Shown here one piece after another: positions 11,501 to 23,500 of a DNA stretch of 64,000 nucleotides (its first letter is position 1; every line of letters starts with the position of its first letter). This DNA comes from the human T2T-CHM13v2.0 reference genome, Homo sapiens, in the NCBI RefSeq assembly GCF_009914755.1, contig NC_060929.1. One strand, written 5' to 3'. The notes beneath the pieces were generated by a model. It was given only the letters and a program-made list of their open reading frames with translations. It was not told where the DNA came from and made no database searches. Position numbers and translations under genes: made by a program.

Positions 11501-14500
11501 AACACTCTTTTTGTGGAATTTGCAAGTGGAGATTTCAGCCGCTTTGAAGTCAAAGTAGAAAAGGAAATATCTTCCTATAAAAACTAGACAGAATGATTCT
11601 CAGAAACTCCTTTGTGATGTGTTCGTTCAACTCACAGAGTTTAACCTTTCTTTTCATAGAGCAGTTAGGAAACACTCTGTTTGTAAAGTCTGCAAGTGGA
11701 TATTCAGACCTCTTTGAGGCCTTCGTTGGAAACGGGTTTTTTCATATAAGGCTAGACAGAAGAATTCCCAGTAACTTCCTTGTGTTGTGTGTGTTCAACT
11801 CACAGAGTTGAACTTTCATTTACACAGAGCAGATTTGAAACACTCTTTTTGTGGAATTTGCAGGTGGAGATTTCAAGCGCTTTGAGGCCAAAGGCAGAAA
11901 AGGAAATATCTTCGTATAAAAACTAGACAGAATCATTCTCAGAAACTGCTCTGCGATGTGTGCGTTCAACTCTCAGAGTTTAACTTTTCTTTTCATTCAG
12001 CAGTTTGGAAACACTCTTTTTTTAAAGTCTGCACGTGGATAATTTGACCACTTAGAGGCCTTCGTTGGAAACGGGTTTTTTTCATGTAAGGCTAGACAGA
12101 AGAATTCTCAGTAACTTCCTTGTGTTGTGTGTATTCAACTCACAGAGTTGAACGATCCTTTACACAGAGCAGACTTGTAACACTCTTTTTGTGGAATTTG
12201 CAAGTGGAGATTTCAGCTGCTTTGAAGTCAAAGGTAGAAAAGGAAATATCTTCCTATAAAAACTAGACAGAATGATTCTCAGAAACTCCTTTGTCATGTG
12301 TGCGTTCAACTCACAGAGTTTAACCTTTCTTTTCATAGAGCAGTTAGGAAACACTCTGCTTGTAAAGTCTGCAAGTGGATATTCAGCCCTCTTTGAGGCC
12401 TTCGTTGGAAACGGGTTTTTTTCATATAAGGCTAGACAGAAGAATCCCCAGTAACTTCCTTGTGTTGTGTGTGTTCAACTCACAGAGTTGAACTTTGATT
12501 TACACAGAGCAGATTTGAAACACTCTTTTTGTGGAATTTGCAAGTGGAGATTTCAAGCGCTTTGAGGCCAAAGGCAGAAAAGGAAATATCTTCGTATAAA
12601 AACTAGACAGAATCATTCTCAGAAACTGCTCTGCGATGTGTGCGTTCAACTCTCAGAGTTTAACTTTTCTTTTCATTCAGCAGTTTGGAAACACTCTGTT
12701 TGTAAAGTCTGCACGTGGATATTTTGACCACTTAGAGGCCTTCGTTGGAAACGGGTTTTTTTCCTGTAAGGCTAGACAGAAGAATTCCCAGTAACTTCCT
12801 TGTGTTGTGTACATTCAACTCACAGAGTTGAACGTTCCCTTAGACAGAGCAGATTTGAAACACTCTTTTTGTGCAATTGGCAAGTGGAGATTTCAAGCGC
12901 TTTAAGGTCAATGGCAGAAAAGGAAATATCTTCGTTTCAAAACTAGGCAGAATCATTCCCACAAACTGCGTTGTGATGTGTTCGTTCATCTCACAGAGTT
13001 TAACCTTTCTTTTCATAGAGCAGTTAGGAAACACTCTGTTTGTAAATTCTGTAAGTGGATATTCTGACATCTTGTGGCCTTCGTTGGAAACGGGATTTCT
13101 TCATATTCTGCTAGACAGAAGAATTCTCAGAATCTTCCTTGTGTTGTGTGTATTCAACTCACACAGTTGAACGATGGTTTACACAGAGCAGATTTGAAAC
13201 ACTCTTTTTGTGGAATTTGCAAGTGGAGATTTCAGCCGCTTTGAGGTCAATGGTAGAAAAGGAAATATCTTCGTATAAAAACTAGACAGAATGATTCTCA
13301 GAAACTTCTTTGTGATGTGTGCGTTCAACTCACAGAGTTTAACCTTTCTTTTCATAGAGCAGTTAGGAAACACTCTGTTTGTAAACTCTGCAAGTGGATA
13401 TTCAGACCTCTTCGAGGCCTTCGTTGGAAACGGGATTTCTTCATACTGTGCTAGACAGAAGAATTCTCAGTAACTTCCTTGTGTTGTGTGTATTCAACTC
13501 ACAGAGTTGAACGATCCTTTACACAGAGCAGACTTGGAACACACTTTTTGTGGAATTTGCAAGTGGAGATTTCAGCCGCGTTGAGGTCAATGGTAGAAAA
13601 GGAAATATCTTCGTATAAAAACTAGACAGAATGATTCTCAGAAACTCCTTTGAGATGTGTGTGTTCAACTCACAGAGTTTAACCTTTCTTTTCATAGAGC
13701 AGTTAGGAATCACTCTGTTTGTAAAGTCTGCAAGTGGATATTCAGACCTCTTTGAGGCCTTCGTTGGAAACGGGTTTTTTTCATATAAGGCTAGACAGAA
13801 GAATTCCCAGTAACTTCCTTGTGTTGTGTGTGTTCAACTCACAGAGTTGAACTTTGATTTACACAGAGCAGATTTGAAACACTCTTTTTGTGGAATTTGC
13901 AAGTGGAGATTTCAAGCGCTTTGAGGCCAAAGGCAGAAAAGGAAATATCTTCGTATAAAAACTAGACAGAATCATTCTCAGAAACTGCTCTGCGATGTGT
14001 GCGTTCAACTCTCAGAGTTTAACTTTTCTTTTCATTCAGCAGTTTGGAAACACTCTGTTTCTAAAGTCTGCACGTGGATAATTTGACCACTTAGAGGCCT
14101 TCGTTGGAAACGGGTTTTTTTCATGTAAGGCTAGACAGAAGAGTTCTCAGTAACTTCCTTGTGTTGTGTGTATTCAACTCACACAGTTGAACGATCCTTT
14201 ACAGAGAGCAGACTTGTAACACTCTTTTTGTGGAATTTGCAAGTGGAGATTTCAGCCGCTTTGAAGTCAAAGTAGAAAAGGAAATATCTTCCTATAAAAA
14301 CTAGACGGAATGATTCTCAGAAACTCCTTTGTGATGTGTGCGTTCAACTCACAGAGTTTAACCTTTCTTTTCATAGAGCAGTTAGGAAACACTCTGTTTG
14401 TAAAGTCTGCAAGTGGATATTCAGACCTCTTTGAGGCCTTCGTTGGAAACGGGTTTTTTTCATATAAGGCTAGACAGAAGAATTCCCAGTAACTTCCTTG

Positions 14501-17500
14501 TGTTGTGTGTGTTCAACTCACAGAGTTGAACTTTCATTTACACAGAGCAGATTTGAAACACTCTTTTTGTGGAATTTGCAGGTGGAGATTTCAAGCGCTT
14601 TGAGGCCAAAGGCAGAAAAGGAAATATCTTCGTATAAAAACTAGACAGAATCATTCTCAGAAACTGCTCTGCGATGTGTGCGTTCAACTCTCAGAGTTTA
14701 ACTTTTCTTTTCATTCAGCAGTTTGGAAACACTCTGTTTGTAAATTCTGCACGTGGATAATTTGACCACTTAGAGGCCTTCGTTGGAAACGGGTTTTTTT
14801 CATGTAAGGCTAGACAGAAGAATTCTCAGTAACTTCCTTGTGTTGTGTGTATTCAACTCACAGAGTTGAACGATCCTTTACACAGAGCAGACTTGTAACA
14901 CTCTTTTTCTGGAATTTGCAAGTGGAGATTTCAGCCGCTTTGAAGTCAAAGGTAGAAAAGGAAATATCTTCCTATAAAAACTAGACAGAATGATTCTCAG
15001 AAACTCCTTTGTGATGTGTGCGTTCAACTCACAGAGTTTAACCTTTCTTTTCATAGAGCAGTTAGGAAACACTCTGTTTGTAAACTCTGCAAGTGGATAT
15101 TCAGACCTCTTTGAGGCCTTCGTTGGAAACGGGATTTCTTCATACTGTGCTAGACAGAAGAATTCTCAGTAACTTCCTTGTGTTGTGTGTATTCAACTCA
15201 CAGAGTTGAACGATCCTTTACACAGAGCAGACTTGGAACACTCTTTTTGTGGAATTTGCAAGTGGAGATTTCAGCCGCGTTGAGGTCAATGGTAGAAAAG
15301 GAAATATCTTCGTATAAAAACTAGACAGAATGATTCTCAGAAACTCCTTTGAGATGTGTGTGTTCAACTCACAGAGTTTAACCTTTCTTTTCATAGAGCA
15401 GTTAGGAATCACTCTGTTTGTAAAGTCTGCAAGTGGATATTCAGACCTCTTTGAGGCCATCGCTGGAAACGGGTTTTTTTCATATAAGGCTAGACAGAAG
15501 AATTCCCAGTAACTTCCTTGTGTTGTGTGTGTTCAACTCATAGAGTTGAACTTTGATTTACACAGAGCAGATTTGAAACACTCTTTTTGTGGAATTTGCA
15601 AGTGGAGATTTCAAGCGCTTTGAGGCCAAAGGCAGAAAAGGAAATATCTTCGTATAAAAACTAGACAGAATCATTCTCAGAAACTGCTCTGCAATGTGTG
15701 CGTTCAACTCTCAGAGTTTAACTTTTCTTTTCATTCAGCAGTTTGGAAACACTCTGTTTGTAAAGTCTGCACGTGGATATTTTGACCACTTAGAGGCCTT
15801 CGTTGGAAACGGGTTTTTTTCCTGTAAGGCTAGACAGAAGAATTCCCAGTAACTTCCTTGTGTTGTGTACATTCAACTCACAGAGTTGAACGTTCCCTTA
15901 GACAGAGCAGATTTGAAACACTCTTTTTGTGCAATTGGCAAGTGGAGATTTCAAGCGCGTTGAGGTCAATGGCAGAAAAGGAAATATCTTCGTTTCAAAA
16001 CTAGACAGAATCATTCCCACAAACTGCGTTGTGATGTGTTCGTTCAACTCACAGAGTTTAACCTTTCTTTTCATAGAGCAGTTAGGAAACAGTCTGTTTG
16101 AAAATTCTGTAAGTGGATATTCTCACATCTTGTGGCCTTCGTTGGAAACGGGATTTCTTCATATTCTGCTAGACAGAAGAATTCTCAGAATCTTCCTTGT
16201 GTTGTGTGTATTCAACTCACAGAGCTGAACGATGGTTACACAGAGCAGATTTGAAACACTCATTTGGTGGAATTTGCAAGTGGAGATTTCAGCCGCTTTG
16301 AGGTCAATGGTAGAAAAGGAAATATCTTCGTATAACAACTAGACAGAATGATTCTCAGAAACTTCTTTGTGATGTGTGTGTTCAACTCACAGAGTTTAAC
16401 CTTTCTTTTCATAGAGTAGTTAGGAAACACTGTGTTTTCAAACTCTGCAAGTGGATATTCAGACCTCTTTGAGGCCTTCGTTGGAAACGGGTTTCTTCAT
16501 ACTGTGCTAGACAGAAGAATTCTCAGTAACTTCCTTGTGTTGTGTGTATTCAACTCACAGAGTTGAACGATCCTTTACACAGAGCAGACTTGAAACACTC
16601 TTTTTGTGGAATTTGCAAGTGGAGATTTCAGCCGCGTTGAGGTCAATGGTAGAAAAGGAAATATCTTCGTATAAAAACTAGACAGAATGATTCTCAGAAA
16701 CTCCTTTGTGATGTGTGTGTTCAACTCACAGAGTTTAACATTTCTTTTCATAGAGCAGTTAGGAAACACTCTGTTTGTAAACTCTGCAAGTGGATATTCA
16801 GACCTCTTTGAGGCCTTCGTTGGAAACGGGATTTCTTCATACTGTGCTAGACAGAAGAATTCTCAGTAACTTCCTTGTGTTGTGTGTATTCAACTCACAG
16901 AGTTGAACGATCCTTTACACAGAGCAGACTTGGAACACTCTTTTTGTGGAATTTGCAAGTGGAGATTTCAGCCGCGTTGAGGTCAATGGTAGAAAAGGAA
17001 ATATCTTCGTATAAAAACTAGACAGAATGATTCTCAGAAACTCCTTTGAGATGTGTGTGTTCAACTCACAGAGTTTAAACTTTCTTTTCATAGAGCAGTT
17101 AGGAATCACTCTGTTTGTAAAGTCTGCAAGTGGATATTCAGCCCTCTTTGAGGCCTTCGTTGGAAACGGGTTTTTTTCATATAAGGCTAGACAGCAGAAT
17201 TCCCAGTAACTTCCTTGTGTTGTGTGTGTTCAACTCACAGAGTTGAACTTTGATTTACACAGAGCAGATTTGAAACACTCTTTTTGTGGAATTTGCAAGT
17301 GGAGATTTCAAGCGCTTTGAGGCCAAAGGCAGAAAAGGAAATATCTTCGTATAAAAACTAGACAGAATCATTCTCAGAAACTGCTCTGCGATGTGTGCGT
17401 TCAACTCTCAGAGTTTAACTTTTCTTTTCATTCAGCAGTTTGGAAACACTCTGTTTCTAAAGTCTGCACGTGGATAATTTGACCACTTAGAGGCCTTCGT

Positions 17501-20500
17501 TGGAAACGGGTTTTTTTCCTGTAAGGCTAGACAGAAGAGTTCCCAGTAACTTCCTTGTGTTGTGTACATTCAACTCACAGAGTTGAACGTTCCCTTAGAC
17601 AGAGCAGATTTGAAACACTCTTTTTGTGCAATTGGCAAGTGGAGATTTCAAGCGCGTTGAGGTCAATGGCAGAAAAGGAAATATCTTCGTTTCAAAACTA
17701 GACAGAATCATTCCCACAAACTGCGTTGTGATGTGTTCGTTCAACTCACAGAGTTTAACCTTTCTTTTCATAGAGCAGTTAGGAAACAGTCTGTTTGAAA
17801 ATTCTGTAAGTGGATATTCTGACATCTTGTGGCCTTCGTTGGAAACGGGATTTCTTCATATTCTGCTAGACAGAAGAATTCTCAGAATCTTCCTTGTGTT
17901 GTGTGTATTCAACTCACAGAGCTGAACGATGGTTTACACAGAGCAGATTTGAAACACTCATTTGGTGGAATTTGCAAGTGGAGATTTCAGCCGCTTTGAG
18001 GTCAATGGTAGAAAAGGAAATATCTTCGTATAACAACTAGACAGAATGATTCTCAGAAACTTCTTTGTGATGTGTGTGTTCAACTCACAGAGTTTAACCT
18101 TTCTTTTCATAGAGTAGTTAGGAAACACTGTGTTTTCAAACTCTGCAAGTGGATATTCAGACCTCTTTGAGGCCTTCGTTGGAAACGGGTTTCTTCATAC
18201 TGTGCTAGACAGAAGAATTCTCAGTAACTTCCTTGTGTTGTGTGTATTCAACTCACAGAGTTGAACGATGGTTTACACAGAGCAGATTTGAAACACTCTT
18301 TTTGTGGAATTTGCAAGTGGAGATTTCAGCCGCTTTGAGGTCAATGGTAGAAAAGGAAATATCTTCGTATAAAAACTAGACAGAATGATTCTCAGAAACT
18401 TCTTTGTGATGTGTGCGTTCAACTCACAGAGTTTAACCTTTCTTTTCATAGAGCAGTTAGGAAACACTCTGTTTGTAAACTCTGCAAGTGGATATTCAGA
18501 CCTCTTTGAGGCCTTCGTTGGAAACGGGATTTCTTCATACTGTGCTAGACAGAAGAATTCTCAGTAACTTCCTTGTGTTGTGTGTATTCAACTCACAGAG
18601 TTGAACGATCCTTTACACAGAGCAGACTTGGAACACTCTTTTTGTGGAATTTGCAAGTGGAGATTTCAGCCGCGTTGAGGTCAATGGTAGAAAAGGAAAT
18701 ATCTTCGTATAAAAACTAGACAGAATGATTCTCAGAAACTCCTTTGAGATGTGTATGTTCAACCCACAGAGTTTAACCTTTCTTTTCATAGAGCAGTTAC
18801 GAATCACTCTGTTTGTAAAGTCTGCAAGTGGATATTCAGACCTCTTTGAGGCCTTCGTTGGAAACGGGTTTTTTTCATATAAGGCTAGACAGAAGAATTC
18901 CCAGTAACTTCCTTGTGTTGTGTGTGTTCAACTCACAGAGTTGAACTTTCATTTACACAGAGCAGATTTGAAACACTCTTTTTGTGGAATTTGCAAATGG
19001 AGATTTCAAGCGCTTTGAGGCCAAAGGCAGAAAAGGAAATATCTTCGTATAAAAACTAGACAGAATCATTCTCAGAAACTGCTCTGCGATGTGTGCGTTC
19101 AACTCTCAGAGTTTAACTTTGCTTTTCATTCAGCAGTTTGGAAACACTCTGTTTGTAAAGTCTGCACGTGGATAATTTGACCACTTAGAGGCCTTCGTTG
19201 GAAACGGGTTTTTTTCATGTAAGGCTAGACAGAAGAATTCTCAGTAACTTCCTTGTGTTGTGTGTATTCAACTCACAGAGTTGAACGATCCTTTACACAG
19301 AGCAGACTTGTAACACTCTTTTTGTGGAATTTGCAAGTGGAGATTTCAGCCGCTTTGAAGTCAAATGTAGAAAAGGAAATATCTTCCTATAAAAACTAGA
19401 CAGAATGATTCTCAGAAACTCCTTTGTGATGTGTGCGTTCAACTCACAGAGTTTAACCTTTCTTTTCATAGAGCAGTTAGGAAACACTCTGTTTGTAAAC
19501 TCTGCAAGTGGATATTCAGACCTCTTTGAGGCCTTCGTTGGAAACGGGATTTCTTCATACTGTGCTAGACAGAAGAATTCTCAGTAACTTCCTTGTGTTG
19601 TGTGTATTCAACTCACAGAGTTGAACGATCCTTTACACAGAGCAGACTTGGAACACTCTTTTTGTGGAATTTGCAAGTGGAGATTTCAGCCGCGTTGAGG
19701 TCAATGGTAGAAAAGGAAATATCTTCGTATAAAAACTAGACAGAATGATTCTCAGAAACTCCTTTGAGATGTGTGTGTTCAACTCACAGAGTTTAACCTT
19801 TCTTTTCATAGAGCAGTTAGGAATCACTCTGTTTGTAAAGTCTGCAAGTGGATATTCAGACCTCTTTGAGGCCTTCGCTGGAAACGGGTTTTTTTCATAT
19901 AAGGCTAGACAGAAGAATTCCCAGTAACTTCCTTGTGTTGTGTGTGTTCAACTCATAGAGTTGAACTTTGATTTACACAGAGCAGATTTGAAACACTCTT
20001 TTTGTGGAATTTGCAAGTGGAGATTTCAAGCGCTTTGAGGCCAAAGGCAGAAAAGGAAATATCTTCGTATAAAAACTAGACAGAATCATTCTCAGAAACT
20101 GCTCTGCGATGTGTGCGTTCAACTCTCAGAGTTTAACTTTTCTTTTCATTCAGCAGTTTGGAAACACTCTGTTTGTAAAGTCTGCACGTGGATATTTTGA
20201 CCACTTAGAGGCCTTCGTTGGAAACGGGTTTTTTTCCTGTAAGGCTAGACAGAAGAATTCCCAGTAACTTCCTTGTGTTGTGTACATTCAACTCACAGAG
20301 TTGAACGTTCCCTTAGACAGAGCAGATTTGAAACACTCTTTTTGTGCAATTGGCAAGTGGAGATTTCAAGCGCTTTAAGGTCAATGGCAGAAAAGGAAAT
20401 ATCTTCGTTTCAAAACTAGAGAGAATCATTCCCAAAAACTGCGTTGTGATGTGTTCGTTCATCTCACAGAGTTTAACCTTTCTTTTCATAGAGCAGTTAG

Positions 20501-23500
20501 GAAACAGTCTGTTTGTAAATTCTGTAAGTGGATATTCTGACATCTTGTGGCCTTCGTTGGAAACGGGATTTCTTCATATTCTGCTAGACAGAAGAATTCT
20601 CAGAATCTTCCTTGTGTTGTGTGTATTCAACTCACAGAGTTGAACGATGGTTTACACAGAGCAGATTTGAAACACTCTTTTTGTGGAATTTGCAAGTGGA
20701 GATTTCAGCCGCTTTGAGGTCAATGGTAGAAAAGGAAATATCTTCGTATAAAAACTAGACAGAATGATTCTCAGAAACTTCTTTGTGATGTGTGCGTTCA
20801 ACTCACAGAGTTTAACCTTTCTATTCATAGAGCAGTTAGGAAACACTCTGTTTGTAAACTCTGCAAGTGGATATTCAGACCTCTTTGAGGCCTTCGTTGG
20901 AAACGGGATTTCTTCATACTGTGCTAGACAGAAGAATTCTCAGTAACTTCCTTGTGTTGTGTGTATTCAACTCACAGAGTTGACCGATCCTTTACACAGA
21001 GCAGACTTGTAACACTCTTTTTGTGGAATTTGCAAGTGGAGATTTCAGCCGTTTTGAAGTCAAAGGTAGAAAAGGGAATATCTTCCTATAAAAACTAGAC
21101 AGAATGATTCTCAGAAAGTCCTTTGTGATGTGTGAGTTCAACTCACAGAGTTTAACCTTTCTTTTCATAGAGCAGTTAGGAAACACTTTGTTTCTAAAGT
21201 CTGCAAGTGGATATTCAGACCTCTTTGAGGCCTTCGTTGGAAACGGGTTTTTTTCATATAAGGCTAGAGAGAAGAATTCCCAGTAACTTCCTTGTGTTGT
21301 GTGCGTTCAACTCACAGAGTTGAACTTTCATTTACACAGAGCAGATTTGAAACACTCTTTTTGTGGAATTTGCAAGTGGAGATTTCAAGCGCTGTGAAGC
21401 CAAAGGCAGAAAAGGAAATATCTTCGTATAAAAACTAGACAGAATCATTCTCAGAAACTGCTCTGCGATGTGTGCGTTCAACTCCCAGAGTTTAACTTTT
21501 CTTTTCATTCAGCAGTTTGGAAACACTCTGTTTGTAAAGTCTGCACGTGGATAATTTGACCACTTAGAGGCCTTCGTTGGAAACGGGTTTTTTTCATGTA
21601 AGGCTAGACAGAAGAATTCTCAGTAACTTCCTTGTGTTGTGTGTATTCAACTCACAGAGTTGAACGATCCTTTACACAGAGCAGACTTGTAACACTCTTT
21701 TTGTGGAATTTGCAAGTGGAGATTTCAGCCGCTTTGAAGTCAAAGGTAGAAAAGGAAATATCTTCCTATAAAAACTAGACAGATAGATTCTCAGAAACTC
21801 CTTTGTGATGTGTGCGTTCAACTCACAGAGTTTAACCTTTCTTTTCATAGAGCAGTTAGGAAACACTCTGTTTGTAAAGTCTGCAAGTGGATATTGAGAC
21901 CTCTTTGAGGCCTTCGTTGGAAACGGGTTTTTTTCATATAAGGCTAGACAGAAGAATTCCCAGTAACTTCCTTGTGTTGTGTGTGTTCAACTCACAGAGT
22001 TGAACTTTCATTTACACAGAGCAGATTTGAAACACTCTTTTTGTGGAATTTGCAAGTGGAGATTTCAAGCGCTTTGAGGCCAAAGGCAGAAAAGGAAATA
22101 TCTTCGTATAAAAACTAGACAGAATCATTCTCAGAAACTGCTCTGCGATGTGTGCGTTCAACTCTCAGAGTTTAACTTTTCTTTTCATTCAGCAGTTTGG
22201 AAACACTCTGTTTGTAAAGTCTGCACGTGGATATTTTGACCACTTAGAGGCCTTCGTTGGAAACGGGTTTTTTTCCTGTAAGGCTAGACAGAAGAATTCC
22301 CAGTAACTTCCTTGTGTTGTGTACATTCAACTCACAGAGTTGAACGTTCCCTTAGACAGAGCAGATTTGAAACACTCTTTTTGTGCAATTGGCAAGTGGA
22401 GATTTCAAGCGCTTTGAGGTCAATGGCAGAAAAGGAAATATCTTCGTTTCAAAACTAGACAGAATCATTCCCACAAACTGCGTTGTGATGTGTTCGTTCA
22501 ACTCACAGAGTTTAACCTTTCTTTTCATAGAGCAGTTAGGAAACAGTCTGTTTGAAAATTCTGTAAGTGGATATTCTGACATCTTGTGGCCTTCGTTGGA
22601 AACGGGATTTCTTCATATTCTGCTAGACAGAAGAATTCTCAGAATCTTCCTTGTGTTGTGTGTATTCAACTCACAGAGTTGAACGATGGTTTACACAGAG
22701 CAGATTTGAAACACTCATTTGGTGGAATTTGCAAGTGGAGATTTCAGCCGCTTTGAGGTCAATGGTAGAAAAGGAAATATCTTCGTATAACAACTAGACA
22801 GAATGATTCTCAGAAACTTCTTTGTGATGTGTGTGTTCAACTCACAGAGTTTAACCTTTCTTTTCATAGAGCAGTTAGGAAACACTGTGTTTTTAAACTC
22901 TGCAAGTGGATATTCAGACCTCTTTGAGGCCTTCGTTGGAAACGGGTTTCTTCATACTGTGCTAGACAGAAGAATTCTCAGTAACTTCCTTGTGTTGTGT
23001 GTATTCAACTCACAGAGTTCAACGATCCTTTACACAGAGCAGACTTGAAACACTCTTTTTGTGGAATTTGCAAGTGGAGATTTCAGCCGCGTTGAGGTCA
23101 ATGGTAGAAAAGGAAATATCTTCGTATAAAAACTAGACAGAATGATTCTCAGAAACTCCTTTGTGATGTGTGTGTTCAACTCACAGAGTTTAACCTTTCT
23201 TTTCATAGAGCAGTTAGGAAACACTCTGTTTGTAAAGTCTGCAAGTGGATATTCAGACCTCTTTGAGGCCTTCGTTGGAAACGGGTTTTTTTCATATAAG
23301 GCTAGACAGAAGAATTCCCAGTAACTTCCTTGTGTTGTGTGTGTTCAACTCACAGAGTTGAACTTTCATTTACACAGAGCAGATTTGAAACACTCTTTTT
23401 GTGGAATTTGCAAATGGAGATTTCAAGCGCTTTGAGGCCAAAGGCAGAAAAGGAAATATCTTCGTATAAAAACTAGACAGAATCATTCTCAGAAACTGCT

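Noticed and set aside
19873-19889. CENP-B box variant CTTCGCTGGAAACGGGT
   Set aside because: The change is at a non-essential position, so it is not counted as a broken box.
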